The position numbers and the translations under genes are program-made. This document shows, piece after piece, positions 1-9,113 of a stretch of DNA of 61,361 bases (position 1 is its first letter; every line of letters begins with the position of its first letter). This stretch comes from Candidatus Dormiibacterota bacterium. GTDB taxonomy: Bacteria > Chloroflexota > Dormibacteria > Aeolococcales > Aeolococcaceae. The stretch spans positions 1 to 61,361 of the forward strand of contig DATARS010000209.1 of the NCBI GenBank assembly GCA_036269455.1. The letters run 5' to 3'. The notes beneath the pieces are model-generated. The model had not been told where the DNA came from. It saw only the letters and a list, made by a program, of their open reading frames with translations, and did not search any database.

Positions 1-28
1 GGGAATCGTCGCCGGCGCCTGAGCAGCC

Positions 29-319
29 TCAGAGCGCGGCGAGGAGTTTCTGTCGGAGATCCTCGAGCTGCTCGCGTTCCGCGATGCTCGGTTTCGTCGG
101 GACCGGCGGGGGGAACTTCAGGCGGTGCAGAGCGTCGGCGAGCTGGGTGATCTCGTCGTCGGTGAGGCGGAGGAGGCGGCCCTCGGCGCGTGCGGTGGGG
201 GGCTCCTCGGTGGGGCTGGCGGCGGCGGCGGCGACGCCGGAGCCGGTGCCCTGGGTGGGACGGAACAGCTCCTCCGAGCCTCGGAGATGGGCGCGGCGGA
301 AGCTGCTGCTGCTGGCCAT
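29..319 (-). CDS. small ParA-partner protein (96 aa); basic disordered N-terminus, possible ribbon-helix-helix C-terminus
   Basis: The in-frame ATG at 319 shares one base with the TGA of the upstream ParA gene (TGATG junction). GC3 is high. Sequence is MASSSSFRRAHLRG..., then RLLRLTDDEITQLADALHRL...IAEREQLEDLRQKLLAAL, a strand-helix-helix-like pattern. No family recognised. Confidence 0.45.
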   Translation of the reverse strand: MASSSSFRRAHLRGSEELFRPTQGTGSGVAAAAASPTEEPPTARAEGRLLRLTDDEITQLADALHRLKFPPPVPTKPSIAEREQLEDLRQKLLAAL

Positions 320-1110
320 CACTGTTCTCCCTCTCCCTCGCCCGCGTCCCCGTTGAGGACGGCGGCGGCCAGGGCGCGGTAGGCCTTCGCGCCCGGGGAC
401 GCGTTGGCGTACTGGAGGATCGACTGGCCCTCCAGCGGGCATTCGGCGAAACGGATGCTGGCGTCGACCCGCACCTCGTAGACCTGGTCGCCGTAGTGCT
501 CCTTGACCAGGTCGAGCACCTCCTGGCTGTGGAGGGTGCGGCTCTTGAAGATGGTGGGCAGGATGCCGGCGATGCGCAGCTGGGGGTTGAGCTTGTGGCG
601 AACCCGGTCGATGGTGCGCTGGAGCTGCTGCATCCCCTTCATCCCGAAGTACTCGCACTGCAGCGGGATGATCACCTCGGTGGCCACCACCAGCGCGTTG
701 ACGCTGAGCAGGCCGAGCGAGGGCGGGCAGTCGATGACCACGAAGTCGTACTCGTCGAGGTGGGGGGCGAGCTTCTCCTCGAGGATCCGCTCGCGGCCGA
801 GCTCGTTGACCAGGGCGAGCTCGGCGCCGCTCAGCTCGATGTTGGCGGGGAGGAAGTCGACCCCGATCTTGTCCGAGTGCATGCGGATGTCGGCGAGGTC
901 GACGTGGGGGTTGGTGAGCAGGTCGTAGACGGTGAGCTCGACCTCGTCGGGGTAGCGGCAGCCCATGTTGATGGTGAGATGCCCCTGGGGATCGAGGTCG
1001 ACACAGAGCACGCGGCGGCCGGTCTCGGCAAGGGCGCCTCCGAGGTTGACCGCGGTGGTCGTCTTGCCGACGCCGCCCTTCTGGTTGGCGATGGCGAGGA
1101 CCCGGGTCAT
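319..1110 (-). CDS. ParA/Soj/MinD-family P-loop ATPase
   Basis: 263 aa. Deviant Walker A AIANQKGGVGKTTTAVNL with the signature Lys, then DLDPQGHLT, VVIDCPPSLG, IAGILPT. No ParB-like gene is adjacent. Confidence 0.9.
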   Translation of the reverse strand: MTRVLAIANQKGGVGKTTTAVNLGGALAETGRRVLCVDLDPQGHLTINMGCRYPDEVELTVYDLLTNPHVDLADIRMHSDKIGVDFLPANIELSGAELALVNELGRERILEEKLAPHLDEYDFVVIDCPPSLGLLSVNALVVATEVIIPLQCEYFGMKGMQQLQRTIDRVRHKLNPQLRIAGILPTIFKSRTLHSQEVLDLVKEHYGDQVYEVRVDASIRFAECPLEGQSILQYANASPGAKAYRALAAAVLNGDAGEGEGEQ

Positions 1111-1271
1111 GCCTTTTTCGTCCTCAGGTCAGGACCGAACAGATGCGCTCCACCAGGGCGCTATCATACCGACTCCGCGGCGGCCCGAAGGGCGGATGCC
1201 TACTCCGACATGGGCTGGAATGTGCACGGGGAGCAACGTTGGCTGAGGTCGAGCGGGTCAAGCCACGGGCC

Positions 1272-2102
1272 ATGTACGTCGAGGAGGCGATCCAGCTCGC
1301 GCTGGAGAGCAAATGGAGCGAGGCGCTCGCGGTCAACCGCGCCCTGCTCGAGCGGCATGGCGAGGAGGAGGACACCTTCAACCGGTTGGGCAAGGCGCTC
1401 ACCGAGCTGGGGCAGCCAGAGGAGGCGCTCGACGCCTACCAGCAGTCGCTGCGCCTCAACCCGATGAACATCATCGCCCAGAAGAACGTCCGCAAGCTGA
1501 CGGCGCTGCTCCAGACGCCGGCGCGGGTGGAGGGGTTGGCGACGGCGATCGACGTCGATCTCTTCACCGAGGAGCCGGGCAAGAGCGGGCTCACCGTGCT
1601 GGTGCCGCCCTCGGGCGGCGTCGACGTGGCCGTCGCCCCCGGCGACGTGGTCGAGCTCGCCGTCGAGCAGAGCGTGATGCGCGCCCGCAGCGTCCGCGGC
1701 ATCGATCTCGGCGACGTCGACACCAAGCTCGCCCGCCGGCTGGTTCCGCTGATCCTGACCGGCAACCGCTACTCGGCGGCGGTGGCCCGGGTCGACGACC
1801 GGAAGATCGAGGTGATGATCCGCGAGACCTACCAGGCGCCGGAGAACGCCCGCAAGTCGTCCTTCCCGATCGCCCGCGGGGCCCGCCGCGAGGAGTTCCG
1901 GCCCTACGCCAAGGAGTCGCTGCTCGCCTCCCGCGGCATCGACGACGACGCCTCCGAGGAGGAGGAGGCCACTCCCGGCGCCGACGAGTCGGGCGACGAG
2001 CTCGAGGGGATGCAGACCGTCGAGGGCGATCTCGACGACTCCGGCGGCTTCGAGTCCGACGACGACGCCGACGAGGACGTCCGGCCCGAGGACGAGTACT
2101 GA
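1272..2102 (+). CDS. TPR-repeat protein with a strongly acidic C-terminal tail
   Basis: TPR-like helices (WSEALAVNRALLERHGEEEDTFNRLGKALTELGQPEEALDAYQQSLRLNP). The C-terminus is rich in D/E (DDDASEEEE...SDDDADEDVRPEDEY). Start set at the in-frame ATG at 1272; upstream alternative is 1143. Confidence 0.65.
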   Translation: MYVEEAIQLALESKWSEALAVNRALLERHGEEEDTFNRLGKALTELGQPEEALDAYQQSLRLNPMNIIAQKNVRKLTALLQTPARVEGLATAIDVDLFTEEPGKSGLTVLVPPSGGVDVAVAPGDVVELAVEQSVMRARSVRGIDLGDVDTKLARRLVPLILTGNRYSAAVARVDDRKIEVMIRETYQAPENARKSSFPIARGARREEFRPYAKESLLASRGIDDDASEEEEATPGADESGDELEGMQTVEGDLDDSGGFESDDDADEDVRPEDEY

Positions 2103-2131
2103 CCACAGACGGACGTTCGCCGGTCTGTCGG

Positions 2132-2137
2132 TAGACT
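2132..2137 (+). promoter_or_regulatory. candidate -10 box (TAGACT) for a leaderless hisZ transcript
   Basis: TAGACT ends 6 nt before the GTG at 2144. The same TAGACT/TAGAGT-then-start arrangement occurs at 38920 and 40765. No clear -35. Confidence 0.35.
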
Positions 2138-2143
2138 GAACCC

Positions 2144-3421
2144 GTGCAGGACGCGCCCACCGTCGAGGGCGCCGGGGCGCCTCGGGGGCGCGCCGGCGGC
2201 TTCACCGACTGGCTCCCCGGCGCGGCGCGCCGCCGCCGCACGGTCGGCGACGCCATGATCGGCACCTTCGAGGCCTGGGGATACGGCATGGTCGCCACCC
2301 CCCTGGTCGAGCCCCTCGACACCGTCTCCTCCGGCGTGGGGCCCGCCCGGCAGACCCAGCTCTTCCGCTTCATGGACGGCGACGGCGGCCTCCTCGCCCT
2401 CGTCGGCGAGCGCACCGTCAGCGTCGCCCGGGTGGTCGCGACCCAGCTCCGCGACGGGCCCTACCCGCTGCGGCTGTGCTACGCGGGCCCGGTGCTGCGC
2501 AACCATCCGTCCCTCGGCGGACGCCGCCGCGAGACGCTGCAGGCCGGCTGCGAGCTGATCGGGGCCGCCTGCATCGCCGCCGACGCCGAGTGCGTCGCCC
2601 TCGCCGCCGAGGCGCTCGCCCGCGCCGGGCTCGACGGGGTCCAGGTCGACGTCGGCCACGCCGACTTCCTCCCCGGCCTGCTCGAGGGCGTCGGGCTCGA
2701 CGCCTCCGACCGCGACCGGGTCCTCGCCGCGCTGAGCGGTCGCGACCTCGTCGCCGTCGAGGAGGCGCTCGAGGGCACCCCCATCGGCGAGGCCGAGCGG
2801 GGGCTGCTGCTCCGCTTCCCGGCGCTGCGCGGCGGCCGCGAGATCCTCGACGCCGCCGCCCTGGGGCTCCGTGCCGACCGGCCCCGCCACGCCCTGGGCG
2901 AGCTCGCCCAGCTCTGGGACCTGCTCCAGGCCCACGGCCTCGAGAGCAGCCTCCACCTCGACCTGGGGGCGGTGCGCGACTGGGACTACTACACCGGCCC
3001 CACCTTCGAGCTCTTCAGCGGCGAGCTGGGCTTCCCCCTCGGCACCGGGGGCCGGTACGACGGCCTGCTCGGCCGCTTCGGCCTCCCCCTGCCGGCGACC
3101 GGCTTCGTCCTCCACGTCGACCGCTGCTGCGACGCCCTCGCCCGCCGCGGCGGCGAGGCGGCGGTGCCGCTGCCCCCGGCGCTGCGGGTCGCCTACGCCC
3201 CCGGCGGCGAGGCGATGGCGATCCGGGCCGCGACGGCGCTGCGCGGCCCCGGGACCGCGGTCGCCTGCGACCTCGAGCCGAGCCAGACGCCCTCGGACGG
3301 CGCCGACCTCTTCGTCGACGCCGACGGCGGGGCGCGCTGGTGGGACGGCTCGCGCTGGGCCGACGGCAGCACCGCCGAGGCGGTCGCCGCCCTCGCCGAC
3401 GGTGGGGGCGACGGCGGGTGA
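2144..3421 (+). CDS. hisZ: ATP phosphoribosyltransferase regulatory subunit (HisRS-like)
   Basis: HisRS-like paralogue motifs (GFTDWLP, FEAWGYGMVATPLVEPLD, LFRFMDGDGGLLALVGERT, RLCYAGPVLR, QAGCELIG, GGRYDGLLGRFG). Sits directly upstream of a short-form hisG with a GTGA overlap. Confidence 0.85.
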   Translation: MQDAPTVEGAGAPRGRAGGFTDWLPGAARRRRTVGDAMIGTFEAWGYGMVATPLVEPLDTVSSGVGPARQTQLFRFMDGDGGLLALVGERTVSVARVVATQLRDGPYPLRLCYAGPVLRNHPSLGGRRRETLQAGCELIGAACIAADAECVALAAEALARAGLDGVQVDVGHADFLPGLLEGVGLDASDRDRVLAALSGRDLVAVEEALEGTPIGEAERGLLLRFPALRGGREILDAAALGLRADRPRHALGELAQLWDLLQAHGLESSLHLDLGAVRDWDYYTGPTFELFSGELGFPLGTGGRYDGLLGRFGLPLPATGFVLHVDRCCDALARRGGEAAVPLPPALRVAYAPGGEAMAIRAATALRGPGTAVACDLEPSQTPSDGADLFVDADGGARWWDGSRWADGSTAEAVAALADGGGDGG

Positions 3422-4086
3422 CCGGGCTCTGCATCGCGATGCCCAACGGGGCGCTGCTCCCGGGCGCATGCGAGCTGCTCGCCGCCGCCGGCATCGAGGG
3501 CGCCGAGGCGTCGCGCTTCGACGACGCCCTGCTCGTCGAGGCCGGCGGCAACCGGCTCATCAAGGTGCGCCCCACCGACGTCCCCGTCTACGTGGAGATG
3601 GGCGCCGCCGACTGCGGCGTGGTCGGCAAGGACATGCTCTGGGAATCGCACAGCGACTCCTACGAGCTCGTCGACCTGCGCTTCGGCGGCTGCCGGCTGG
3701 TCCTCGCCGCCCCGGAGGACTCCGCGCTCGCCGCCGGCAGCTGGCCGCCGTCGCTGCGGGTGGCGACCAAGTACCCGCACTCGGCGCGCCGGTTCTTCGA
3801 TCGCATCAACGTCGCCGCCGAGCTGATCAAGCTCCACGGCTCGGTCGAGCTCGCCCCGGCCACCGGGCTCGCCGACGCCATCCTCGACATCGTCGCCACC
3901 GGGCGCACCCTGCGCGCCAACCGGCTGGTGGAGGTCGCCGAGGCGGGACGCTCGACCGCCCGCTTCATCGTCAACCAGGCGTCGCTGAAGACCCGCTCCG
4001 AGGCGGTCACCTCGCTGGCCGCGGCGCTGCGCCGCGCCGTGGAGGAGCGCATGTCGGCCCGGGCCCGCGACGGGGTCGCCTCGTGA
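3418..4086 (+). CDS. hisG: ATP phosphoribosyltransferase, short form
   Basis: LCIAMPNGALLPGACELL, IKVRPTDVPVYVEMGAADCGVVGKD, ATKYPHSARRFF, KLHGSVELAP..GLADAILDIVATGRTLRAN. GTG 3418 overlaps the hisZ TGA. Confidence 0.9.
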   Translation: MTGLCIAMPNGALLPGACELLAAAGIEGAEASRFDDALLVEAGGNRLIKVRPTDVPVYVEMGAADCGVVGKDMLWESHSDSYELVDLRFGGCRLVLAAPEDSALAAGSWPPSLRVATKYPHSARRFFDRINVAAELIKLHGSVELAPATGLADAILDIVATGRTLRANRLVEVAEAGRSTARFIVNQASLKTRSEAVTSLAAALRRAVEERMSARARDGVAS

Positions 4087-5414
4087 GCGCCACCCTGGCG
4101 CGTCACGACACCGCGAGCTTCCGCCTGGTGGTGGCGGGGACCCGCCGCTTCGTCGAGCCCGAGCTCGACGGCGAGCAGTCGGAGCGGCTGCGCGCGCTCT
4201 TCGGCCGCTCGCTGAGCGCCGACGACGCGGTGCGGGAGATCGTCGACGACGTCCGCCGCCGCGGCGACGCGGCCCTGCGCGAGTGGACCCTGCGCATCGA
4301 CGGCGTCGACGTCGCCGAGCTCCACGCCAGCCCCGATTCGATGACCGCGGCCTGGGAGGCGACCGCCCCCGAGCTGCGCGAGGCGCTGACCACCGCCGCC
4401 GGGCGCATCCGCGACTTCCACGCGCTGCAGCGCGACACCGCGGTGCGGGGCACCGCCGAGCTCGGGCTGCGGCCGGTGCCGCTGCGCCGCGCCGGCTGCT
4501 ACGTCCCCGGGGGCCGCGCCGCCTATCCGAGCACGGTGCTGATGAACGTCATCCCCGCCCAGGTGGCCGGGGTCGACTCCGTCGTCGTGGCCACCCCGCC
4601 CGGCCCCGACGGCCGCGCCCACCCCACGGTGCTCGCCGCCGCCCACCTGCTCGGCGCCGCCGAGGTCGCGGTGATGGGGGGCGCCCAGGCGATCGCCGCA
4701 CTCGCCTACGGGACCGACTCGCTCCGCGCCGTCGACACCATCGTCGGGCCCGGGAATCTCTTCGTCACCCTCGCCAAGCGCGCCGTCTTCGGCAGCGTCG
4801 GCATCGACGGGCTGGCGGGCCCGAGTGAGGTGATCGTGGTCGCGAGCGAGGGCGCCGATCCACGGCTGGTCGCCGCGGACCTCGTCTCCCAGCTCGAGCA
4901 CGACCCGCTCGCCTGGGCGGTCTGCGTCACCGACTCCGCCGAGCTCGCGGGGCGGGTGGAGGAGGCCTTCGTCCCCGCCGCGGCGAGCGCGGTGCGCAAC
5001 GGCATCATCGCCGCCGCCGCGGGGCGCCACGGCATGACGGTGGTCTGCGCCGACCTGGAGGAGGCGCTCGCGCTGGTCGACGACTTCGCCCCCGAGCACC
5101 TCGAGCTGCAGGGCCCTGCCGCCGAGTCGCTCGCCGAGCGCTTCCGCACCGCGGGGGCGATCTTCATCGGCGACGACAGCCCGGTCCCCATGGGCGACTA
5201 CATCGCCGGGCCCAACCACACCCTTCCCACCGGCGGCGCCGCGCGCTTCAAGGGTCCGCTCTCGGTGATGGACTTCGTGCGCTGGTCGAGCGTCACCCGC
5301 CTCGGGCGCGACGACATGGCGCGGCTCGGCCCGGTGGCGTGCACCCTCGCCGAGGCCGAGGGGCTGCACGGCCACACCGCCTCGATCCGGCTGCGGCTGG
5401 AGCGCGAGCCGTGA
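4083..5414 (+). CDS. hisD: histidinol dehydrogenase
   Basis: GCYVPGGRAAYPSTVLMNVIPAQVAGV, MGGAQAIAALAYGT, IVGPGNLFVTLAKR, GIDGLAGPSEV, SQLEHDP, APEHLEL, GDYIAGPNHTLPTGGAARF. GTG 4083 overlaps the hisG TGA. Confidence 0.92.
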   Translation: MSATLARHDTASFRLVVAGTRRFVEPELDGEQSERLRALFGRSLSADDAVREIVDDVRRRGDAALREWTLRIDGVDVAELHASPDSMTAAWEATAPELREALTTAAGRIRDFHALQRDTAVRGTAELGLRPVPLRRAGCYVPGGRAAYPSTVLMNVIPAQVAGVDSVVVATPPGPDGRAHPTVLAAAHLLGAAEVAVMGGAQAIAALAYGTDSLRAVDTIVGPGNLFVTLAKRAVFGSVGIDGLAGPSEVIVVASEGADPRLVAADLVSQLEHDPLAWAVCVTDSAELAGRVEEAFVPAAASAVRNGIIAAAAGRHGMTVVCADLEEALALVDDFAPEHLELQGPAAESLAERFRTAGAIFIGDDSPVPMGDYIAGPNHTLPTGGAARFKGPLSVMDFVRWSSVTRLGRDDMARLGPVACTLAEAEGLHGHTASIRLRLEREP

Positions 5415-5998
5415 CCGGGGCACGCACCGCCACCCACGAGCGGGTCACCAGGGAGACCCAGATCTCGGCCGAGGTCAACCTCGACGGCAGCGGCCGCGCC
5501 GAGGTCGAGTTGCCCCTGCCCTTCTTCGGTCACATGGTCGAGGCCTACGTGAAGTACAGCGGCATGGACGTGCGGCTGCACGGCACCGGCGACATCGAGG
5601 TCGACAGCCACCACCTCGTCGAGGACTGCGGCCTGGTGCTCGGCGCCACGGTGAGCCGTGCGCTCGGCGACCGCGCCGGGATCCGCCGCTTCGGCAGCGC
5701 CCACGCGCCCATCGACGAGTCGCTGGTGCGCTGCGTCCTCGACTTCAGCAACCGGCCCCACGTGGTCTGGGAGATGGCGGCGCTGAACGGCCGGATCAAC
5801 GACTTCGACGTGAGCGTGCTCGGCGAGTTCGTGCGCGGCTACGCCCAGACCGCGGGCATCTCGATGCACGTCGACCACCTCCGCGGCGAGAACCTCCATC
5901 ACATCGCCGAGGCGGCGTTCAAGGCGATGGGGCTCGCCACGCGCGAGGCGCTGGAGCGCATCGGCACCGCCATCCCCAGCACCAAGGGGGTGCTGTGA
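5411..5998 (+). CDS. hisB: imidazoleglycerol-phosphate dehydratase
   Basis: RVTRETQISAEVNLDGSG, GDIEVDSHHLVEDCGLVLG, DESLVRCVLDFSNRP, ENLHHIAEAAFKA, IPSTKGVL. GTG 5411 overlaps the hisD TGA. Confidence 0.92.
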   Translation: MTGARTATHERVTRETQISAEVNLDGSGRAEVELPLPFFGHMVEAYVKYSGMDVRLHGTGDIEVDSHHLVEDCGLVLGATVSRALGDRAGIRRFGSAHAPIDESLVRCVLDFSNRPHVVWEMAALNGRINDFDVSVLGEFVRGYAQTAGISMHVDHLRGENLHHIAEAAFKAMGLATREALERIGTAIPSTKGVL

Positions 5999-6648
5999 CC
6001 CGGGTCGCCGTCATCGACTACGGGGTCAGCAACCTGCGCAGCGTCGAGCGCGCGCTCACCGCGGTGGGCGCGGAGCCGCTGCTCACCCGCGACCCGGGCG
6101 CGGTCGACGGCTGCGCCGGGGTGGTGCTCCCCGGGGTCGGCGCCTTCGGCGCGGCGATCGACGCCCTCGACGCCGCCGGGCTGCGCGGCACCGTGCTCGA
6201 CGCCGTGGAGCGCGGCCTGCCCCTGCTCGGCGTCTGCCTGGGCTTCCAGCTGCTCTTCGAATGGAGCGACGAGAGCGGCGGCCGTCCCGGCCTGGGCCTG
6301 CTCGAGGGCCGCATCACCCGCATCCCGCCGGAGCGCGGCAAGGTGCCGCACATGGGATGGAACCGGCTGCGGCTTCGCCGGCCGTCGCCGCTCCTCGAGG
6401 GCGTGGCCGATGGGACCTGGGCCTACTTCGTGCACTCCTACGCCGCCGCCGCCGAGGGCGCGGATGTGGTCGCCGGCTGCGAGTACGGCGGCGCCCAGCT
6501 CGCCGCCGCATGCGGGCGCTCGGGGGTGTACGGTACGCAGTTCCACCCGGAGAAGAGCGGCCCACAGGGCCTGCGGCTCTACGCCAACTTCGTCCGGATC
6601 TGCGAAGCAACCAGCATGGGGGAGCGGTCGGAGGTCGCCGCGTCGTGA
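5995..6648 (+). CDS. hisH: imidazole glycerol phosphate synthase, glutaminase subunit
   Basis: VAVIDYGVSNLRSVERAL, LPGVGAFG, LLGVCLGFQLLF, VPHMGWN, YFVHSY, GTQFHPEKSG. GTGA overlap with hisB. Confidence 0.92.
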   Translation: MTRVAVIDYGVSNLRSVERALTAVGAEPLLTRDPGAVDGCAGVVLPGVGAFGAAIDALDAAGLRGTVLDAVERGLPLLGVCLGFQLLFEWSDESGGRPGLGLLEGRITRIPPERGKVPHMGWNRLRLRRPSPLLEGVADGTWAYFVHSYAAAAEGADVVAGCEYGGAQLAAACGRSGVYGTQFHPEKSGPQGLRLYANFVRICEATSMGERSEVAAS

Positions 6649-7394
6649 TCGTCATTCCCGCCGCTGACGTGAGAGGGGGCCGGTGCGTCCGCCTGCTCCG
6701 CGGCGACTTCACCCACGAGACGGTGTACGCCGAGGAGCCATCCCAGGTCGTCCTCGAGTTCGTCCGCCAGGGCGCCGAGCGGGTGCACATCGTCGACCTC
6801 GACGCCGCCCGCGGCGTGCCCGACGTCCTCTCCCGCGACGCCGCCCGCGCCGCGGTCGTGGCGCTGCGCGAGACCGACGCCACCGCCGAGTTCGGCGGCG
6901 GGGTGCGCAGCCCCGAGGCGGCGCGCGCCTGGCTCGAGCTCGGCGCTGACCTGGTCGTGCTCGGCAGCCTGGCGGTGCGCCGTCCCGAGGTCGCCGCCGA
7001 GATCTGCCGGGCCCACCCCGGGCGGGTGCTGCTCGGCCTCGACGTCCGCGACGGCGTCGCCCAGGCCCAGGGCTGGACCGAGGCCGCCGGCGACGCGCTG
7101 GCCCATCTGCGCCGCTGGAGCGACTGGGAGGCCGCGGGGGTGGTGCTCACCAACATCGCCCGCGACGGCGCGCTGACCGGTCCCGACCTCGAGGGGCTGG
7201 AGGCATGCATCGCCGCCTACAGCCGCCCGGTGATCGCCTCCGGCGGGGTGGCGTCGCTCGAGGACCTCATCGCCCTCGCCGACATCGGCGCCGCCGGGGC
7301 GATCGTCGGGCGCGCCCTCTACGAGGGGCGGATCGACCTCAGCGCCGCGCTGCGCCTCTTCCCTGCGCGGCCGCAGGCGCAGCGGCACGGATGA
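6645..7394 (+). CDS. hisA: ProFAR isomerase
   Basis: [84 protein letters not shown] overlap with hisH. Confidence 0.9.
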   Translation: MIVIPAADVRGGRCVRLLRGDFTHETVYAEEPSQVVLEFVRQGAERVHIVDLDAARGVPDVLSRDAARAAVVALRETDATAEFGGGVRSPEAARAWLELGADLVVLGSLAVRRPEVAAEICRAHPGRVLLGLDVRDGVAQAQGWTEAAGDALAHLRRWSDWEAAGVVLTNIARDGALTGPDLEGLEACIAAYSRPVIASGGVASLEDLIALADIGAAGAIVGRALYEGRIDLSAALRLFPARPQAQRHG

Positions 7395-8149
7395 GCCTGG
7401 CCCGCCGGGTCATCCCCTGCCTCGACGTCGACGCCGGCCGGGTGGTGAAGGGAACGCAGTTCGTCGATCTGCGCGACGCCGGCGATCCCGCCGAGCTGGC
7501 GGCGCGGTACGACGCCGAGGGCGCCGACGAGCTGGTCTTCCTCGACATCACCGCGTCCCACGAGGCCCGGGCGATCCTCCTCGACGCGGTGCGGCGCACC
7601 GCCGACGCGCTCTTCATCCCGCTCACCGTCGGCGGAGGCCTGCGCACCCTCGACGACATCGAGTCGCTGCTCCGCGCCGGCGCCGACAAGGTCTCGCTCA
7701 ACACCGCGGCGCTCCACGACCCGACCCTGGTCACCGCTGCCGCCGAGCGCTTCGGCGAGCAGTGCATCGTGGTCGCCATCGACGCCCGCCGCGAGGGAGA
7801 GGGCTGGGGCGTCTACACCCACGGCGGCCGCCGTCCCACCGGCCGTGACGCCGTGGTCTGGGCGCGCGAGGCGACCGACCGGGGTGCCGGCGAGGTGCTG
7901 CTCACCAGCATGGACCGCGACGGCACCGGCGACGGCTACGACATCGCGCTCACCGCCGCGGTGGCGCGCGCCGTGCCCGTCCCGGTGATCGCCAGCGGCG
8001 GCGCCGGCAACCCCGAGCACCTCCGCGAGGTGCTGGTCGAGGGGCTCGCCGACGCGGCACTGGCGGCGTCGATCTTCCACTTCTCCGCCCACCCCGTCCC
8101 CGTGACCAAGGCCTACCTGCGTGACCACGACGTCCCTGTCCGGCTGTAG
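7391..8149 (+). CDS. hisF: imidazole glycerol phosphate synthase, cyclase subunit
   Basis: [94 protein letters not shown] overlap with hisA. Confidence 0.93.
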   Translation: MSLARRVIPCLDVDAGRVVKGTQFVDLRDAGDPAELAARYDAEGADELVFLDITASHEARAILLDAVRRTADALFIPLTVGGGLRTLDDIESLLRAGADKVSLNTAALHDPTLVTAAAERFGEQCIVVAIDARREGEGWGVYTHGGRRPTGRDAVVWAREATDRGAGEVLLTSMDRDGTGDGYDIALTAAVARAVPVPVIASGGAGNPEHLREVLVEGLADAALAASIFHFSAHPVPVTKAYLRDHDVPVRL

Positions 8150-8159
8150 CCTGCACCCC

Positions 8160-8696
8160 ATGACCACGTCGCGGGGGCCGGTGCGCATCCCGCGCGCCGC
8201 CGAGGCGCTGCGGCTGCCGCTCTGGCAGCGGTCGCAGCAGCGGATGCGCGAGAGGTACGGGTTCGACATGGACAGTCGGGACGCGCTCGACCGGGCGCGG
8301 GCGCGGGTGGCGGAGGCGCCGGAGGACGCCGAGGCGGCGCTGCTGCTCGGCTCGGTTCTGGCCACCCGCGGCGAGCCCGACCTCGCCGAGGCGTCGGTGC
8401 GCCGGGCCCTCGAGCTGGCGCCGAGGCTGCCCCGGGCGCACACCACCCTGGCCACCCTGCAGATGCAGCGCGGCGACCGCGAGCAGGCGCTGCGCAGCGC
8501 CCGCAACGCCGCCGCGCTCGACAGGGAGGATCCGACCGTCCTCTACAACCTCGGCCTCGCCGAGTGGTTCGCCGGCGAGAGGGGAACCGCGAAGGCCGCC
8601 TTCGACCGGGCCGCCGAGGCGCTGCGCGCCACCTCCGGGGAGGAGCAGCCACCGCCGCGCCCGCCCTGGTGGCGCAGGATCGGTCGTGGTGGCTGA
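8160..8696 (+). CDS. TPR-like repeat protein embedded between hisF and hisI
   Basis: Helical repeats ([65 protein letters not shown]). The 3' end overlaps hisI by 11 nt. Start could also be GTG 8121, inside hisF. Confidence 0.5.
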   Translation: MTTSRGPVRIPRAAEALRLPLWQRSQQRMRERYGFDMDSRDALDRARARVAEAPEDAEAALLLGSVLATRGEPDLAEASVRRALELAPRLPRAHTTLATLQMQRGDREQALRSARNAAALDREDPTVLYNLGLAEWFAGERGTAKAAFDRAAEALRATSGEEQPPPRPPWWRRIGRGG

Positions 8697-9045
8697 GCCC
8701 GCCGCGCCCCGGTTCGGCGCCGACGGGCTGATCTGCGCGGTCGTCCAGGACGACGCCAGCGGGGCCGTGCTGATGGTCGCCTGGATGGACCGCGACGCCT
8801 GGGAGCGCACCCTCGCCGACGGCTTCGCCACCTTCTTCAGCCGGTCGCGCGGCCGCCTCTGGCGCAAGGGCGAGACCAGCGGGAACGTCATGCGGGTGCG
8901 CTCGGTGCGGCTCGACTGCGACCGCGACACCGTGCTGCTGCGGGTCGACCCCGCCGGCCCGGCCTGCCACACCGGCGCCACCAGCTGCTTCTTCGAGGCC
9001 GTCGAGGTCGTCGCTCCGGGTGAGGCGAACGAGCCGGCGGGGTAG
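8686..9045 (+). CDS. hisI: phosphoribosyl-AMP cyclohydrolase (monofunctional, no HisE domain)
   Basis: [75 protein letters not shown]. 119 aa. Confidence 0.88.
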   Translation: MVAEPAAPRFGADGLICAVVQDDASGAVLMVAWMDRDAWERTLADGFATFFSRSRGRLWRKGETSGNVMRVRSVRLDCDRDTVLLRVDPAGPACHTGATSCFFEAVEVVAPGEANEPAG

Positions 9046-9113
9046 ACTGGTGCCGTTCAGGAGAGGAGGAGGACCCGCCGCGCCGCCCGGCGCCGCGGCC
9101 GGGATCCGAGAGA

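Noticed and set aside
1904-5423. Long minus-strand ORFs 1904..3469 and 3660..5423
   Set aside because: They are antisense to hisZ, hisG and hisD, which carry unambiguous family motifs. These are shadow ORFs.
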